A DNA stretch of 64,000 bases from Candidatus Cloacimonadales bacterium (lineage in GTDB: Bacteria; Cloacimonadota; Cloacimonadia; Cloacimonadales; JAFGVF01): positions 416,001 to 480,000 of the forward strand of contig CAXXOU010000001.1 in the NCBI GenBank assembly GCA_963677495.2, read 5' to 3'. Below the pieces are notes generated by a model. That model did no database searches. It saw only the letters and a list, made by a program, of their open reading frames with translations, and was not told where the DNA came from. The position numbers and the translations under genes are program-made. Of the stretch, positions 28,722-38,442 are shown in pieces; the stretch's first letter is position 1, and each line of letters opens with the position of its first letter.

Positions 28722-31700
28722 ATGACGAAACATTATTGCTCTTATTCAATAAAACGGTTTATAATTACTTTAACTATAATGCTATTTATTAGCATTGCTT
28801 TTGCTTCAAATTCAGTAGAAACCTACAGAGATGAACATGGCTGGAAACTGAAAGTTGATAATGAAGACTATTTTGTGAGAGGAATGGTTTGGGGTTACAC
28901 CCCGATTGGAGAGAACTATTCTTACAATCTTTGGGCTAATTCAGATGAGAAAATTAAGAAGATTCTTGATTACGAATGCAATCTGATGAAAAAAGCCGGT
29001 GTAAACACAATCAGACAATTTGGTGTTATTCCGCCTAAGTGGGTTACTTATATTTATCGTGAACATGGAATCATGACTATGGTGAATCATCTCATGGGTA
29101 GATATGGCTACAATGTTGATGGTAAGTGGCATGTCTGGACTAAATATGATGATCCACGGACTCGAGAAGTTTTAATCAATGACTTTGTAGAGATGGTTGA
29201 GAAATTCAAAGATGTTGAAGGTGTCATTGCTTTTGCTCTCGGTAATGAGAGTAATTATGGACTTGAGTGGTCCAGTTTTGAGATTGAAAACCTTCCGGAA
29301 GGTGAACGCTATCAGGAAAAAGCTACGCATCTCTATACTCTCTTCAATGAAGCTATGAGACAAGCTAAAATGGTCGATAGCACGCACCCTTATCTCATTG
29401 TTAACGGTGATATTCAGTACTTAGATATAATAAAAGAAAAGTGTACTGATATGGATATTCTCGGTGTAAATTCATACCGTGGTGTTAGCTTCACTGATAT
29501 GTGGCAGCGTGTTCACGATGAAGCTGATTTGCCAATCTTGCTTACAGAGTTCGGTAGTGATGCCTTTAATGCTCTTACTCATAAAGAGGAGCAGGAAGGT
29601 CAAGCATATCTGGTTAAGGGTAACTGGGATGAGATTTACAACAAAAGCTATGGCAATGGTGAAGAGGGAAACGCTATTGGTGGTTGCCAGTTTGAATGGC
29701 GCGACGAATGGTGGAAATACAAGCAAACCGAGAATCTTGAAGTTCAGGATACTAATGCATCATGGAGCAATGGTGGCTATTCATTTGACTTTGTGCATGG
29801 CGTAAACAACATGAATGAGGAGTGGTTTGGGATCTGCCGTTTAGCAGGTCCAAATGATGATGGTGTCTATGAAGCTATCCCTCGTATGGCTTATGATGTA
29901 TTAACAGAAGTTTGGAAGATAGATCCTTATAAATTAGATAAAGTTGAGATGAATGATAAGCTACAATCCATTGATATGGATTTCCTTAAGATGAAAAGTA
30001 GCTTAAGAACTCTGACAAAAGATATGCATGAGCAGAAAGCTTTTAGATTCACAGGAGGTAAGTTAGAAGGTGACTTAGCACTTACAGGTGAATCAGAAGC
30101 TGTTGAGAATAACGGCAAAAGTGGATTAGAGTTTACAAATGGTGAAAAGCTATTCCTTGATTTTGCATTTAATCCTACTGGTAGAATCGAAGGTAAGTTC
30201 ACTCTTAACATTCTTGGAAATGTAGTTGACCTCCCAATGGAGCAATACTACGGAAAGCGTGGTGACTCATATATCTCTGTAGCAACAGAAGAAAATGATC
30301 AAGGCATCGATGTACTCTCAACTAAAGAGATTACTGATAACGAACGCATTGAAATATATAGTTTTGAAGCTAAATATAAAGCTGACATGTTCGACTTTAC
30401 TGCATTTTATCATGTACCTCGATTCCATTGGGGCTATGAAGGTGATTTTTTTGGCCTTATGAGAGAAGCTACTGATATGGAAGGGATGGATATCTGGAAT
30501 GCAAAAGCACCGTTTGGTGTTGAGTTTGCTGGTAAGAAATCACTTAATGGTTTAACAGTTGTAACCGGACCGGAAGTCTATTGGGGTGCTAACCCTAAAG
30601 CTATTGTGAAATATGACTTTGATTTTTTGGGCTCTGAATGGACTTTTATCCACTCAGAAGATTTCTCCCAAGCTGATGCTTCTGCAACTGCAACTGAAGC
30701 AACTGAAAAGGCTACTCGCCAAACAGCACTCTCTTTTGAAGCAGAAATGGGTGCAGGTATTACTCTTCAAGCCGGTTACTTGATGTCCGGTACTGAAAAG
30801 ATAGATGAAGAATATTCCTATATGGATGATAACGAGCTCTACAAAGATGAGATAGAATTCAAGGATACTCAAGCTGCAAAAGCTAAGCTTTCCTTTAGCT
30901 TGGGTTCTACTCTCATAGACCTATCGGCTAACTATTCAGGTTTGGTAGCTGATGCAGGTGAAGCCTTGGATGAAAGAGATACCACAATGCCATACTCTGA
31001 TTTAGGTAACAAGATAGTATATGAAGCAGGAATGTTAATTCCTATCGGGAATGTCTGGTTACTTCCAAGAGCTATGTATAGAACTAATCTGCTTGAATCA
31101 ATGGAAGCTACTGATGCATACATAGACGGAACATCTTTCTATCCCGGTACAACTCCAAGAAATAGAGATAGCGATCCGTTTGCTGTGTTAGGAAACCGTG
31201 AAACCATATCAGGAGAATTCTTCCTTACTTATGACCCGACTCCTGCCAGCTACTTCTATGTTTGGAATAGAGACGAAAAAGAGGATGCTAAGTTTGCCTT
31301 TACTATAGGTGGTAACTATACTGAATATAAAGAAGATACTGATGCTCATCTTTTTTACTATCAGGAAGGTGAAACTAATGCACCATTCGGTAGCGGATTG
31401 CCTGCTGAGGAAGTATGGTTAGGGAAAAGTATTATTATAATGAATCCAAACCCCAACTTCAAAAGTGTTATTACTTTGGAGACTGGTAAGCAACAATCTA
31501 CCGGTAATCCTGATGGGGATGCTACAGAATTTTACTCAATAGAGACTAAGTTCCTAATCAACAAAACTCATTATATTCAAGCATATGCAAAGAAGGATGC
31601 TTGGGGACCTTACGATTGGTACAGACAATTTAATATCATTTATCCATACCAATACAAATTAGATTATTCATTCCTAATTGATAATCTCTTCAATATGGAA

Positions 31701-31829
31701 AAATCAAGTAGATTAGGTGTAAAAGCACTCTTTAGAGAGTTGGATGAGAGCTCTCCTATCAATGAAGGTGGTGGAATTGATAATGACTATGAGTTCCAAG
31801 CCGGTATCTACTACAGCATAGGATTTTAA
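28722..31829 (+). CDS. Clan GH-A (GH2 TIM-barrel-like) glycoside hydrolase fused to a predicted outer-membrane beta-barrel
   Basis: Signal peptide; GVNTIR, GNESNY (acid/base), LTEFGSD (nucleophile), NEEWFG; C-terminal ~590 aa with amphipathic strands ending YEFQAGIYYSIGF. Confidence 0.75.
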   Translation: MTKHYCSYSIKRFIITLTIMLFISIAFASNSVETYRDEHGWKLKVDNEDYFVRGMVWGYTPIGENYSYNLWANSDEKIKKILDYECNLMKKAGVNTIRQFGVIPPKWVTYIYREHGIMTMVNHLMGRYGYNVDGKWHVWTKYDDPRTREVLINDFVEMVEKFKDVEGVIAFALGNESNYGLEWSSFEIENLPEGERYQEKATHLYTLFNEAMRQAKMVDSTHPYLIVNGDIQYLDIIKEKCTDMDILGVNSYRGVSFTDMWQRVHDEADLPILLTEFGSDAFNALTHKEEQEGQAYLVKGNWDEIYNKSYGNGEEGNAIGGCQFEWRDEWWKYKQTENLEVQDTNASWSNGGYSFDFVHGVNNMNEEWFGICRLAGPNDDGVYEAIPRMAYDVLTEVWKIDPYKLDKVEMNDKLQSIDMDFLKMKSSLRTLTKDMHEQKAFRFTGGKLEGDLALTGESEAVENNGKSGLEFTNGEKLFLDFAFNPTGRIEGKFTLNILGNVVDLPMEQYYGKRGDSYISVATEENDQGIDVLSTKEITDNERIEIYSFEAKYKADMFDFTAFYHVPRFHWGYEGDFFGLMREATDMEGMDIWNAKAPFGVEFAGKKSLNGLTVVTGPEVYWGANPKAIVKYDFDFLGSEWTFIHSEDFSQADASATATEATEKATRQTALSFEAEMGAGITLQAGYLMSGTEKIDEEYSYMDDNELYKDEIEFKDTQAAKAKLSFSLGSTLIDLSANYSGLVADAGEALDERDTTMPYSDLGNKIVYEAGMLIPIGNVWLLPRAMYRTNLLESMEATDAYIDGTSFYPGTTPRNRDSDPFAVLGNRETISGEFFLTYDPTPASYFYVWNRDEKEDAKFAFTIGGNYTEYKEDTDAHLFYYQEGETNAPFGSGLPAEEVWLGKSIIIMNPNPNFKSVITLETGKQQSTGNPDGDATEFYSIETKFLINKTHYIQAYAKKDAWGPYDWYRQFNIIYPYQYKLDYSFLIDNLFNMEKSSRLGVKALFRELDESSPINEGGGIDNDYEFQAGIYYSIGF

Positions 31830-31840
31830 GGGAGGTTGAA

Positions 31841-32464
31841 ATGAAAAGATATAAAATACTTATTATAATATCTGTTTTGGCATTGTTACTTATCGCAGGT
31901 TGTGATGTTAAGAATGGTATAACCTCCACAACTATGGAATTACCTACAGGTAATACTTTAGACCTTTATTCAACAGATGAAGGTGTACATCCTAATACTG
32001 ATATTCTTGATAATCCGGAAAATCCATTCGCAAAGGCAAGCATCAGTATGGACAATGTATGGGAATTCAATGATGAAGCCCCATCTGCAATCTCAAGATT
32101 CTATCTTTGGGGTACTATGCTTGCTAAGATTCCTATGGGTGAACACCAGTACTTTACTGCTAAATCACTGCATGAAATCTACACTGAAAGTGGAAGCATC
32201 AATGCAAAAGAACAAACGAAGAAAGCTTATAGAGCACTTTTAGACCATTTCTACGACTCAGTAACGTGGTGGAATGCCTGGTGGATAGATGAAGATACTT
32301 ACTATGCAGTTATCCTTCGTGATATGGTTGGCGAAGCTATGTATGACCCATCAGAGATGAATCTTATGCCATTGTATACTGACCCTGCCCTCGCACTTGC
32401 TGATCTGAGTGAATGGGGATATGTATATGACTTTGAAGCTAATAAGTTAACAAAAAGGCAATAA
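31841..32464 (+). CDS. Hypothetical lipoprotein, aromatic-rich
   Basis: Lipobox IAGC; GGAGG RBS; tightly coupled to both neighbours. Confidence 0.8.
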   Translation: MKRYKILIIISVLALLLIAGCDVKNGITSTTMELPTGNTLDLYSTDEGVHPNTDILDNPENPFAKASISMDNVWEFNDEAPSAISRFYLWGTMLAKIPMGEHQYFTAKSLHEIYTESGSINAKEQTKKAYRALLDHFYDSVTWWNAWWIDEDTYYAVILRDMVGEAMYDPSEMNLMPLYTDPALALADLSEWGYVYDFEANKLTKRQ

Positions 32465-32465
32465 A

Positions 32466-34250
32466 ATGAATAGAATAATTATCCTCATATTTGCATTAAC
32501 TCTAATATCCGGCTTAGCAGCCGAGATTGGTGATGTGATTTGGGAAGAGAACTTCAACAACCTCGAAAACTGGATTATCGAAACCGGTAATGGTTCTTGG
32601 GGTTGGGGAAACGGTGAACTTGAGTGTTATTTAGAAGGTAATGTTGATATTACTGAGATTCCGGGAGAACCCGGTAACAATGCATTGAGAATTACAGCAC
32701 GTCAAGAATCAGGCCCACATATTACTGACCAATGGGGTAATCCTTTGAACTACACATCAGGTAGATTGAATACTAAATCAAAAGTATCTATTCAATATGG
32801 TGTAATTGAAGCAAGAGTCCTAATTCCGGATATTGATTTAGGTGGTTGGCCTGCTGTTTGGTTGCTTGGAACAAGTAATTATGGTTGGCCTCGTTGTGGT
32901 GAAATTGATATGATGGAAATGGGGAGCAGACAAGCTTTCCGTAACCTGCATGATGCCCATAACGGAGGAAACAATCAAGATAATGCTAATGTAAATCAAG
33001 CTGTTGGAGCTAATGCAATCTTCTATCATGAAGATTCAATTACTCCTGAGAATCCTACCGGTGCAGCAAGTACATCATGGGATCCTAATGACGAGAATTG
33101 TCGTCCATATTATAGCTATGATCCTCCGTTAACAGGAAGGTTTATTACGTATAGAGCTTATTGGGATAATGCTAGCCTTCGTTTTACTGTGATAGATAAC
33201 GGAGTTGAGCATGATCTTTATGAAGAAGCACTATATTTTGATGAGCATTCAGCTGAGTTTCAAAACCCATTCTATTTGGTAACTAACTTTGCGATTGGTG
33301 GTTATTTCACAGATGCTCAAACTCTCGATGGTTCCGGAGCTCCTATTTCAATGTCATTCCCGGCTGAAATGTATGTTGATTATATTAAAGTTATGGAATG
33401 GAATGATATGGGGGAAGTTAATGTTGGACCTCCAACTTTCCAATATGACACTTTTGGTATTTTTACTGACCAAACAGAGACCTATAATAGTCTTCAAGTT
33501 GGCGTAGATGCAGAGATATATGTTTGGGAAGGTACATTGTCAGAAGGCTCCATTCCTCCTTATGAAGGTGAGAATGGTGTGACCTGGGCTACAACCGGAA
33601 CCGGATGGTTTGGTGCAGGAGTTATGTCTGCCCAGCCAACAAACTTGTTCAACTTTGGGGATGGACACCTCAAGTTCCATATCAATATCCCCGCAAACGT
33701 GACATTTAAGATTGGTATTATCGATGCCTGGGGGAATCAGTCATATGTTGATTTCCCAGCCCATCAGACAGTTTATGGTCTTGAACGGAACGGACAATGG
33801 GGTCAAGCAGCTATACCTGTAGAAGATATTCGAGGCGAGTTTATTGACCTTAGAATGCTTAGTTATGAGTTTGTTATACTCGAAGAATCCGGAATACAAT
33901 GCGAGTTTGCTATTGATAATATCTATTGGGATGGTGGGCTTGTTTCTAATGATGAAAACACAAACCCAATTGTGAACTTTGATTTGAAGCAAAACTATCC
34001 GAATCCATTTAATCCTACAACCACTATCTCATACAGTTTGGATAACACAAGCTATGTCGAGATAGAAATCTACAATCTTAAAGGACAGAAGATTAAGACG
34101 TTAGTGTCTAAAAGCCAAACAAAAGGCAGTCACTCTGTCGAATGGAACGGTAAAGATGTAAGTGAACACACAGTAAGTTCTGGTGTTTATTTCTATAAAT
34201 TGAATGTTAATAATCAATCTACTATGAAGAAGATGATTTTACTTAAATAA
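32466..34250 (+). CDS. GH16 laminarinase + CBM-like module D + T9SS-type C-terminal domain
   Basis: GWGNGELE.Y, YTSGRL, WPAVWLLG, GEIDMME; QNYPNPFNPTT...KKMILLK. Confidence 0.92.
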   Translation: MNRIIILIFALTLISGLAAEIGDVIWEENFNNLENWIIETGNGSWGWGNGELECYLEGNVDITEIPGEPGNNALRITARQESGPHITDQWGNPLNYTSGRLNTKSKVSIQYGVIEARVLIPDIDLGGWPAVWLLGTSNYGWPRCGEIDMMEMGSRQAFRNLHDAHNGGNNQDNANVNQAVGANAIFYHEDSITPENPTGAASTSWDPNDENCRPYYSYDPPLTGRFITYRAYWDNASLRFTVIDNGVEHDLYEEALYFDEHSAEFQNPFYLVTNFAIGGYFTDAQTLDGSGAPISMSFPAEMYVDYIKVMEWNDMGEVNVGPPTFQYDTFGIFTDQTETYNSLQVGVDAEIYVWEGTLSEGSIPPYEGENGVTWATTGTGWFGAGVMSAQPTNLFNFGDGHLKFHINIPANVTFKIGIIDAWGNQSYVDFPAHQTVYGLERNGQWGQAAIPVEDIRGEFIDLRMLSYEFVILEESGIQCEFAIDNIYWDGGLVSNDENTNPIVNFDLKQNYPNPFNPTTTISYSLDNTSYVEIEIYNLKGQKIKTLVSKSQTKGSHSVEWNGKDVSEHTVSSGVYFYKLNVNNQSTMKKMILLK

Positions 34251-34259
34251 ACAATACAT

Positions 34260-34281
34260 GCCTGCTGAGATATCGGCAGGC
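34260..34281 (+). terminator. Intra-operon stem-loop
   Basis: GCCTGCTGA-gata-TCGGCAGGC. Confidence 0.55.
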
Positions 34282-34312
34282 TTAACTCTATTAAGAACCC
34301 TTAGGAGGGAAC

Positions 34313-35680
34313 ATGAAAAAAACTAGTATATATTTATTGATTCTACTTGTAGCATTTGCAGTTAATGCTTTCGCTCAAAACGCACCAGTTGACTTTGAAG
34401 CCGGTGGACATGGAGCAAACTGGACTTGGGCAGTGTTTGAGAATGATTCAAACCCACCTTTAGAGATTATCCCTAATCCTGATGCAACAGGTGTTAATAC
34501 ATCATCTACTGTTGCACAGTTTACTGCTCTACAAGCAGGTCAACCTTGGGCAGGAACAGAATCTATGCATGGTACTGATATTGGTACTTATGATATTGAT
34601 TCTACTAATAGCACTATTACAATCATGGTTTGGAAACCTGTTATCAGCGACGTTGGTATTAAACTTGTTAAACCTGATGGTTGGGCTTTACCAGAGATCA
34701 AAATCTCTAATACTGTTACTAATGCTTGGGAAGAGATTACTTTTGATTTTTCATCACAGATTGGAGCAGGTTATGATCAAATAGTGATATTCCCTGATTT
34801 CGACTTGAATGGTAGAACTCAAGACAATGTTTGTTACTTTGATAATATCACTTTCTCAGGACAGGGAGCTTCTCCTGATGGACCTGCTACTCCTGCACCT
34901 ACACCAAATTATGCTGAAGCTAATGTTATCTCATTATTCAGCGATACTTATACTGATGTGAATATTGATACTTGGTCTGCTGATTGGGATGATGCTAATG
35001 TCGCAGAAGCACAAGTTGAAGGTAATAATATGAAGCTTTATACTGCTCTTAACTTTGCAGGTATTGAGTTTACTTCTCAACCACTTGATGTTAGTGGTAT
35101 GAACCACTTCCATATGGATTTCTGGACACCAGACCCAACAGCATTACCTGCTGTATTTAAAATCAAGTTAGTTGACTTTGGTGCTGATGGTGTTTGGGGT
35201 AATGATGATGTAGAGCATGAGCTTGAATTCACTGCACCTACTCTTGAAACAGAAAGCTGGGTAAGTTTTGATATTCCTCTTACAGATTTTGCAGGCTTAA
35301 CTACTACTGAACACATAGCTCAGCTAATCATCTCAGGTGATCCCAATACCGTTTATTTGGACAACATCTACTTCTTCGATGGTGTAGTGAGTAATGACAA
35401 TGTTATCAATTTGAATGTGGGTTCTCTTGGAAACAACTATCCAAATCCATTCAATCCTGTAACAAACATCAGTTACTCAATAACAGAACCTGGTCATGTA
35501 CGTTTGGATGTATTTAACCTGTTAGGTCAACATGTAGAAACACTTGTTGATAAACATCACTCAGCAAATTCATATACACATACATGGGATGCTAATGATA
35601 TTCAGTCCGGTGTTTACTTCTACAGAATGTCCGTTGATAATAAGACAATAGATACTAAGAAGATGATTCTTCTTAAATAG
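34313..35680 (+). CDS. Secreted non-catalytic protein with CBM-like modules (A+B) and T9SS-type C-terminal domain
   Basis: Paralogous to 12848..14722; NNYPNPFNPVT...KKMILLK. Confidence 0.82.
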   Translation: MKKTSIYLLILLVAFAVNAFAQNAPVDFEAGGHGANWTWAVFENDSNPPLEIIPNPDATGVNTSSTVAQFTALQAGQPWAGTESMHGTDIGTYDIDSTNSTITIMVWKPVISDVGIKLVKPDGWALPEIKISNTVTNAWEEITFDFSSQIGAGYDQIVIFPDFDLNGRTQDNVCYFDNITFSGQGASPDGPATPAPTPNYAEANVISLFSDTYTDVNIDTWSADWDDANVAEAQVEGNNMKLYTALNFAGIEFTSQPLDVSGMNHFHMDFWTPDPTALPAVFKIKLVDFGADGVWGNDDVEHELEFTAPTLETESWVSFDIPLTDFAGLTTTEHIAQLIISGDPNTVYLDNIYFFDGVVSNDNVINLNVGSLGNNYPNPFNPVTNISYSITEPGHVRLDVFNLLGQHVETLVDKHHSANSYTHTWDANDIQSGVYFYRMSVDNKTIDTKKMILLK

Positions 35681-35698
35681 TTTAAATTACTAAACCCG

Positions 35699-35732
35699 AA
35701 AAGCCTACTGAGAGATCGGTTGGCTTTTTTTT
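35699..35732 (+). terminator. Rho-independent terminator
   Basis: AAAAGCC.AC(T/C)GA stem followed by a T-run. Confidence 0.7.
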
Positions 35733-35861
35733 AATTGAATAATCAAATAAGATAAACATACTAATCTTGACTGAAAATATACCTCTTTTATTGTAACATA
35801 ATGAAATATCCTTAGTTACTATTATTACTGTGAAGGCAAGAAGATTATCGGGAGAAATACT

Positions 35862-37976
35862 ATGAACGATTTGGCTGCAATAAATAAAAAAAAAGAGCGT
35901 TTTGACAGAGGAATTATTGATAAAAATCATGAGGTCATTATCTTAATTGGACAAGATTTAATCAAGTACTACCAAGAAGAAAACAGACTTGAAGAAAGTG
36001 TTTATTATGCGGAAACAATTCTACCGTATCTATCGAAACCGGGAAAAGAGGTTGAGTTAGCCGGATTGTTAAACTTCTTAGGAAAATACTATTGCCTTAA
36101 GGAAGAGTACAGTAAAGCTGAAGAGATCTTGTTAAAAGCACTTAGTATATGTCAAAAATTCGACCTTGAATTAGTAGCTGCTGAAGTGTATTGTGACTTA
36201 GGGCTCCTTTTTAGAAGCAAAGGTATATTAGATATTGCTGTTCAATACTTAACCAATTCTATTGATATCTTTAATAGCCATAAGAATGATAAATTGTTCA
36301 TCAATGACAGAAATTTTTTATTTAGCTACATAAATGCTATAGAAGCTTGTGGAATTATCTACAGCCAGTTAAAACAATATGAAGAATCTATAAGCTATTT
36401 TAAGGATGCATTAATACTTAAAGAGAAACATTTAGGTGAATCAGGAAAAATATCTGCACTCATGAATTTAGGAGCAACTTATAGCCATATAGATATTGAT
36501 AAAGCTGAAGAATATTATCTATTAGCATTAAAAGATATTAACAGTGCAACTCCTCCCCAACATAAAATTGTTTTATTGAATAATCTTGGAGGTTGTCTAG
36601 AAGATAAAAAGCAATATGATGAAGCCTTAAAATACTATCAAAAAGCTTTAAAACTGCTCAATGAGTCAGGACTAATTAGATATAAAGCACCAATATTGAA
36701 GCACATATCTTCAATTCATTATCTTCAGGGAAGATATGACCAAGCTTTAAAAGTAATTGAATATGGGCTCGAACTATCAGAGAAGTCTAAAATTACTTAT
36801 GAGATGAAGGATTGTTACAAGTTAATAAGTGATATTTATATAGCAAAAAATGACTTCAAAATTGCGATGAACTTTAGATCAAAGTATGATGAAATAAAAG
36901 ATGAGTTATATCAACAAGACTTAAGAACTCAGCTGTCTGCACTCCAAACTAAATACAAGAAATCAACAATAAATATAAGCAACCTGCGTAAGGAAAAGTC
37001 ATTAATATCAGAAGAACTCAAGAAAGCAATGAGTACTGACTTTATAGGAGAAAGTGATAGTATTAAAGAAGTTAGAAGGTTAGCAATAGAGGCAGCTGCG
37101 TATAAAGACACTCGGGTTTTAATAACCGGTGAAAGTGGCGTTGGTAAAGAGATTATTGCCAGACTGATTCACTATTCCGATACTATGAGAACGGGTCAAT
37201 TTATCGATGTTAATTGCTGTGCAATCCCTGATACTATGGCGGAAAGCGAGTTCTTCGGATTTGTAAAAGGAGCCTTTACAGGAGCGATCCAAAATAGAAC
37301 CGGATATTTTGAGCAGGCAGATAAAGGTTCATTATTCCTTGATGAAATAGGAGATATGCCCCTAATTTTACAAGCCAAACTCTTAAGAGTTTTAGAGACA
37401 AAAGAGATTAAGAAATTAGGTTCCAATAAATCTACTTCTGTCAGCTTTAGATTGATTTCAGCAACCAATAAAGATTTAGGTGAGCTTATCAAAAATAATA
37501 AGTTTAGGGGTGACTTGCTATTTAGAATAAATACTATTGAAATTAACATCCTCCCATTAAGAGAAAGAAAAGAGGATATCGAACCTCTACTAAATCATTT
37601 CCTGAAACAGTTCTCTTCTAAAATGAACAAACCTATACCTCTCTACCCGGATGATTTGATTGATTGCCTCCAAAGGTACCCATTCCCGGGAAATGTTAGA
37701 GAACTGAAAAATATGGTAGAACGAGCTCTAATATTTATAAAAGACAACCAAATATCTAAAGAAGACTTCACAAAGCAGATGCACTTCACGGGGAACAACG
37801 ACCACAAATCAAAAAAAGATAAATGCTATAGCATTAAAGATCTTGAATCTCAACTACTTCTTGATACTTTAGAAGAGTGTAATGGCAACCAAACTAAAGC
37901 TGCAAAAAAGATGGGTATCTCATATTCTACATTTAAAAGGAAATACAAGAAAATAAGAGAGAAAAGCTCTATATAG
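35862..37976 (+). CDS. Sigma54-dependent activator (bEBP) with N-terminal TPR repeats and a Fis-type HTH
   Basis: TPR repeats; GESGVGKE, ESEFFGFVKGAFTGA, LFLDEIG, FPGNVREL, NQTKAAKKMGIS. Confidence 0.95.
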   Translation: MNDLAAINKKKERFDRGIIDKNHEVIILIGQDLIKYYQEENRLEESVYYAETILPYLSKPGKEVELAGLLNFLGKYYCLKEEYSKAEEILLKALSICQKFDLELVAAEVYCDLGLLFRSKGILDIAVQYLTNSIDIFNSHKNDKLFINDRNFLFSYINAIEACGIIYSQLKQYEESISYFKDALILKEKHLGESGKISALMNLGATYSHIDIDKAEEYYLLALKDINSATPPQHKIVLLNNLGGCLEDKKQYDEALKYYQKALKLLNESGLIRYKAPILKHISSIHYLQGRYDQALKVIEYGLELSEKSKITYEMKDCYKLISDIYIAKNDFKIAMNFRSKYDEIKDELYQQDLRTQLSALQTKYKKSTINISNLRKEKSLISEELKKAMSTDFIGESDSIKEVRRLAIEAAAYKDTRVLITGESGVGKEIIARLIHYSDTMRTGQFIDVNCCAIPDTMAESEFFGFVKGAFTGAIQNRTGYFEQADKGSLFLDEIGDMPLILQAKLLRVLETKEIKKLGSNKSTSVSFRLISATNKDLGELIKNNKFRGDLLFRINTIEINILPLRERKEDIEPLLNHFLKQFSSKMNKPIPLYPDDLIDCLQRYPFPGNVRELKNMVERALIFIKDNQISKEDFTKQMHFTGNNDHKSKKDKCYSIKDLESQLLLDTLEECNGNQTKAAKKMGISYSTFKRKYKKIREKSSI

Positions 37977-37997
37977 CTGATAGAATTATCCATCGAA

Positions 37998-38148
37998 AGG
38001 CTCAATATGCAAGGTCATTTTGAGCCTGTAGTTCATTTTGAACCATTAATTATTCAGCTCCCTCTTTGTAGTTGAGTCCCTAACTCGCTGCAAGCATTTC
38101 ATTTAACTGTTCCTCTTCAAGAACGCTCTATCTGGAACAAACAATGCA
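37998..38148 (+). promoter_or_regulatory. Sigma54 -24/-12 promoter with candidate upstream activator sequences
   Basis: TGGAACAAACAATGCA at 38133-38148 (GG-N10-GC); AGGCTCAA/TTGAGCCT inverted repeat and tandem G(G/T)TCATTTTGA(G/A)CC at ~37998-38044. Confidence 0.72.
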
Positions 38149-38160
38149 CTTACTAAATGT

Positions 38161-38442
38161 ATGAATATTAGTAATGGAACTAAGAAGTTAGATGATTATT
38201 CTGATATGATTAAGCGTATAATCAATGTCAGTGAAATTGTGAAAATCAGCTGTGAAGGAAATGACAGCTATTGTTTCACTATAACACTCGAAAATCACAA
38301 TTGTGTTAATGTTGTTAGAGAAGTTACACAATCGACTGATACGAAAATATACGATGAAATTAATCACTACCGAGAATCAATATTGTCTGACCTTCAAAGC
38401 TCCCAAAGAAATAATCAAAAAATGAAGAGAGGTAATTTATGA
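38161..38442 (+). CDS. Small hypothetical protein
   Basis: 93-aa ORF overlapping the next gene by ATGA; true start uncertain. Confidence 0.55.
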   Translation: MNISNGTKKLDDYSDMIKRIINVSEIVKISCEGNDSYCFTITLENHNCVNVVREVTQSTDTKIYDEINHYRESILSDLQSSQRNNQKMKRGNL

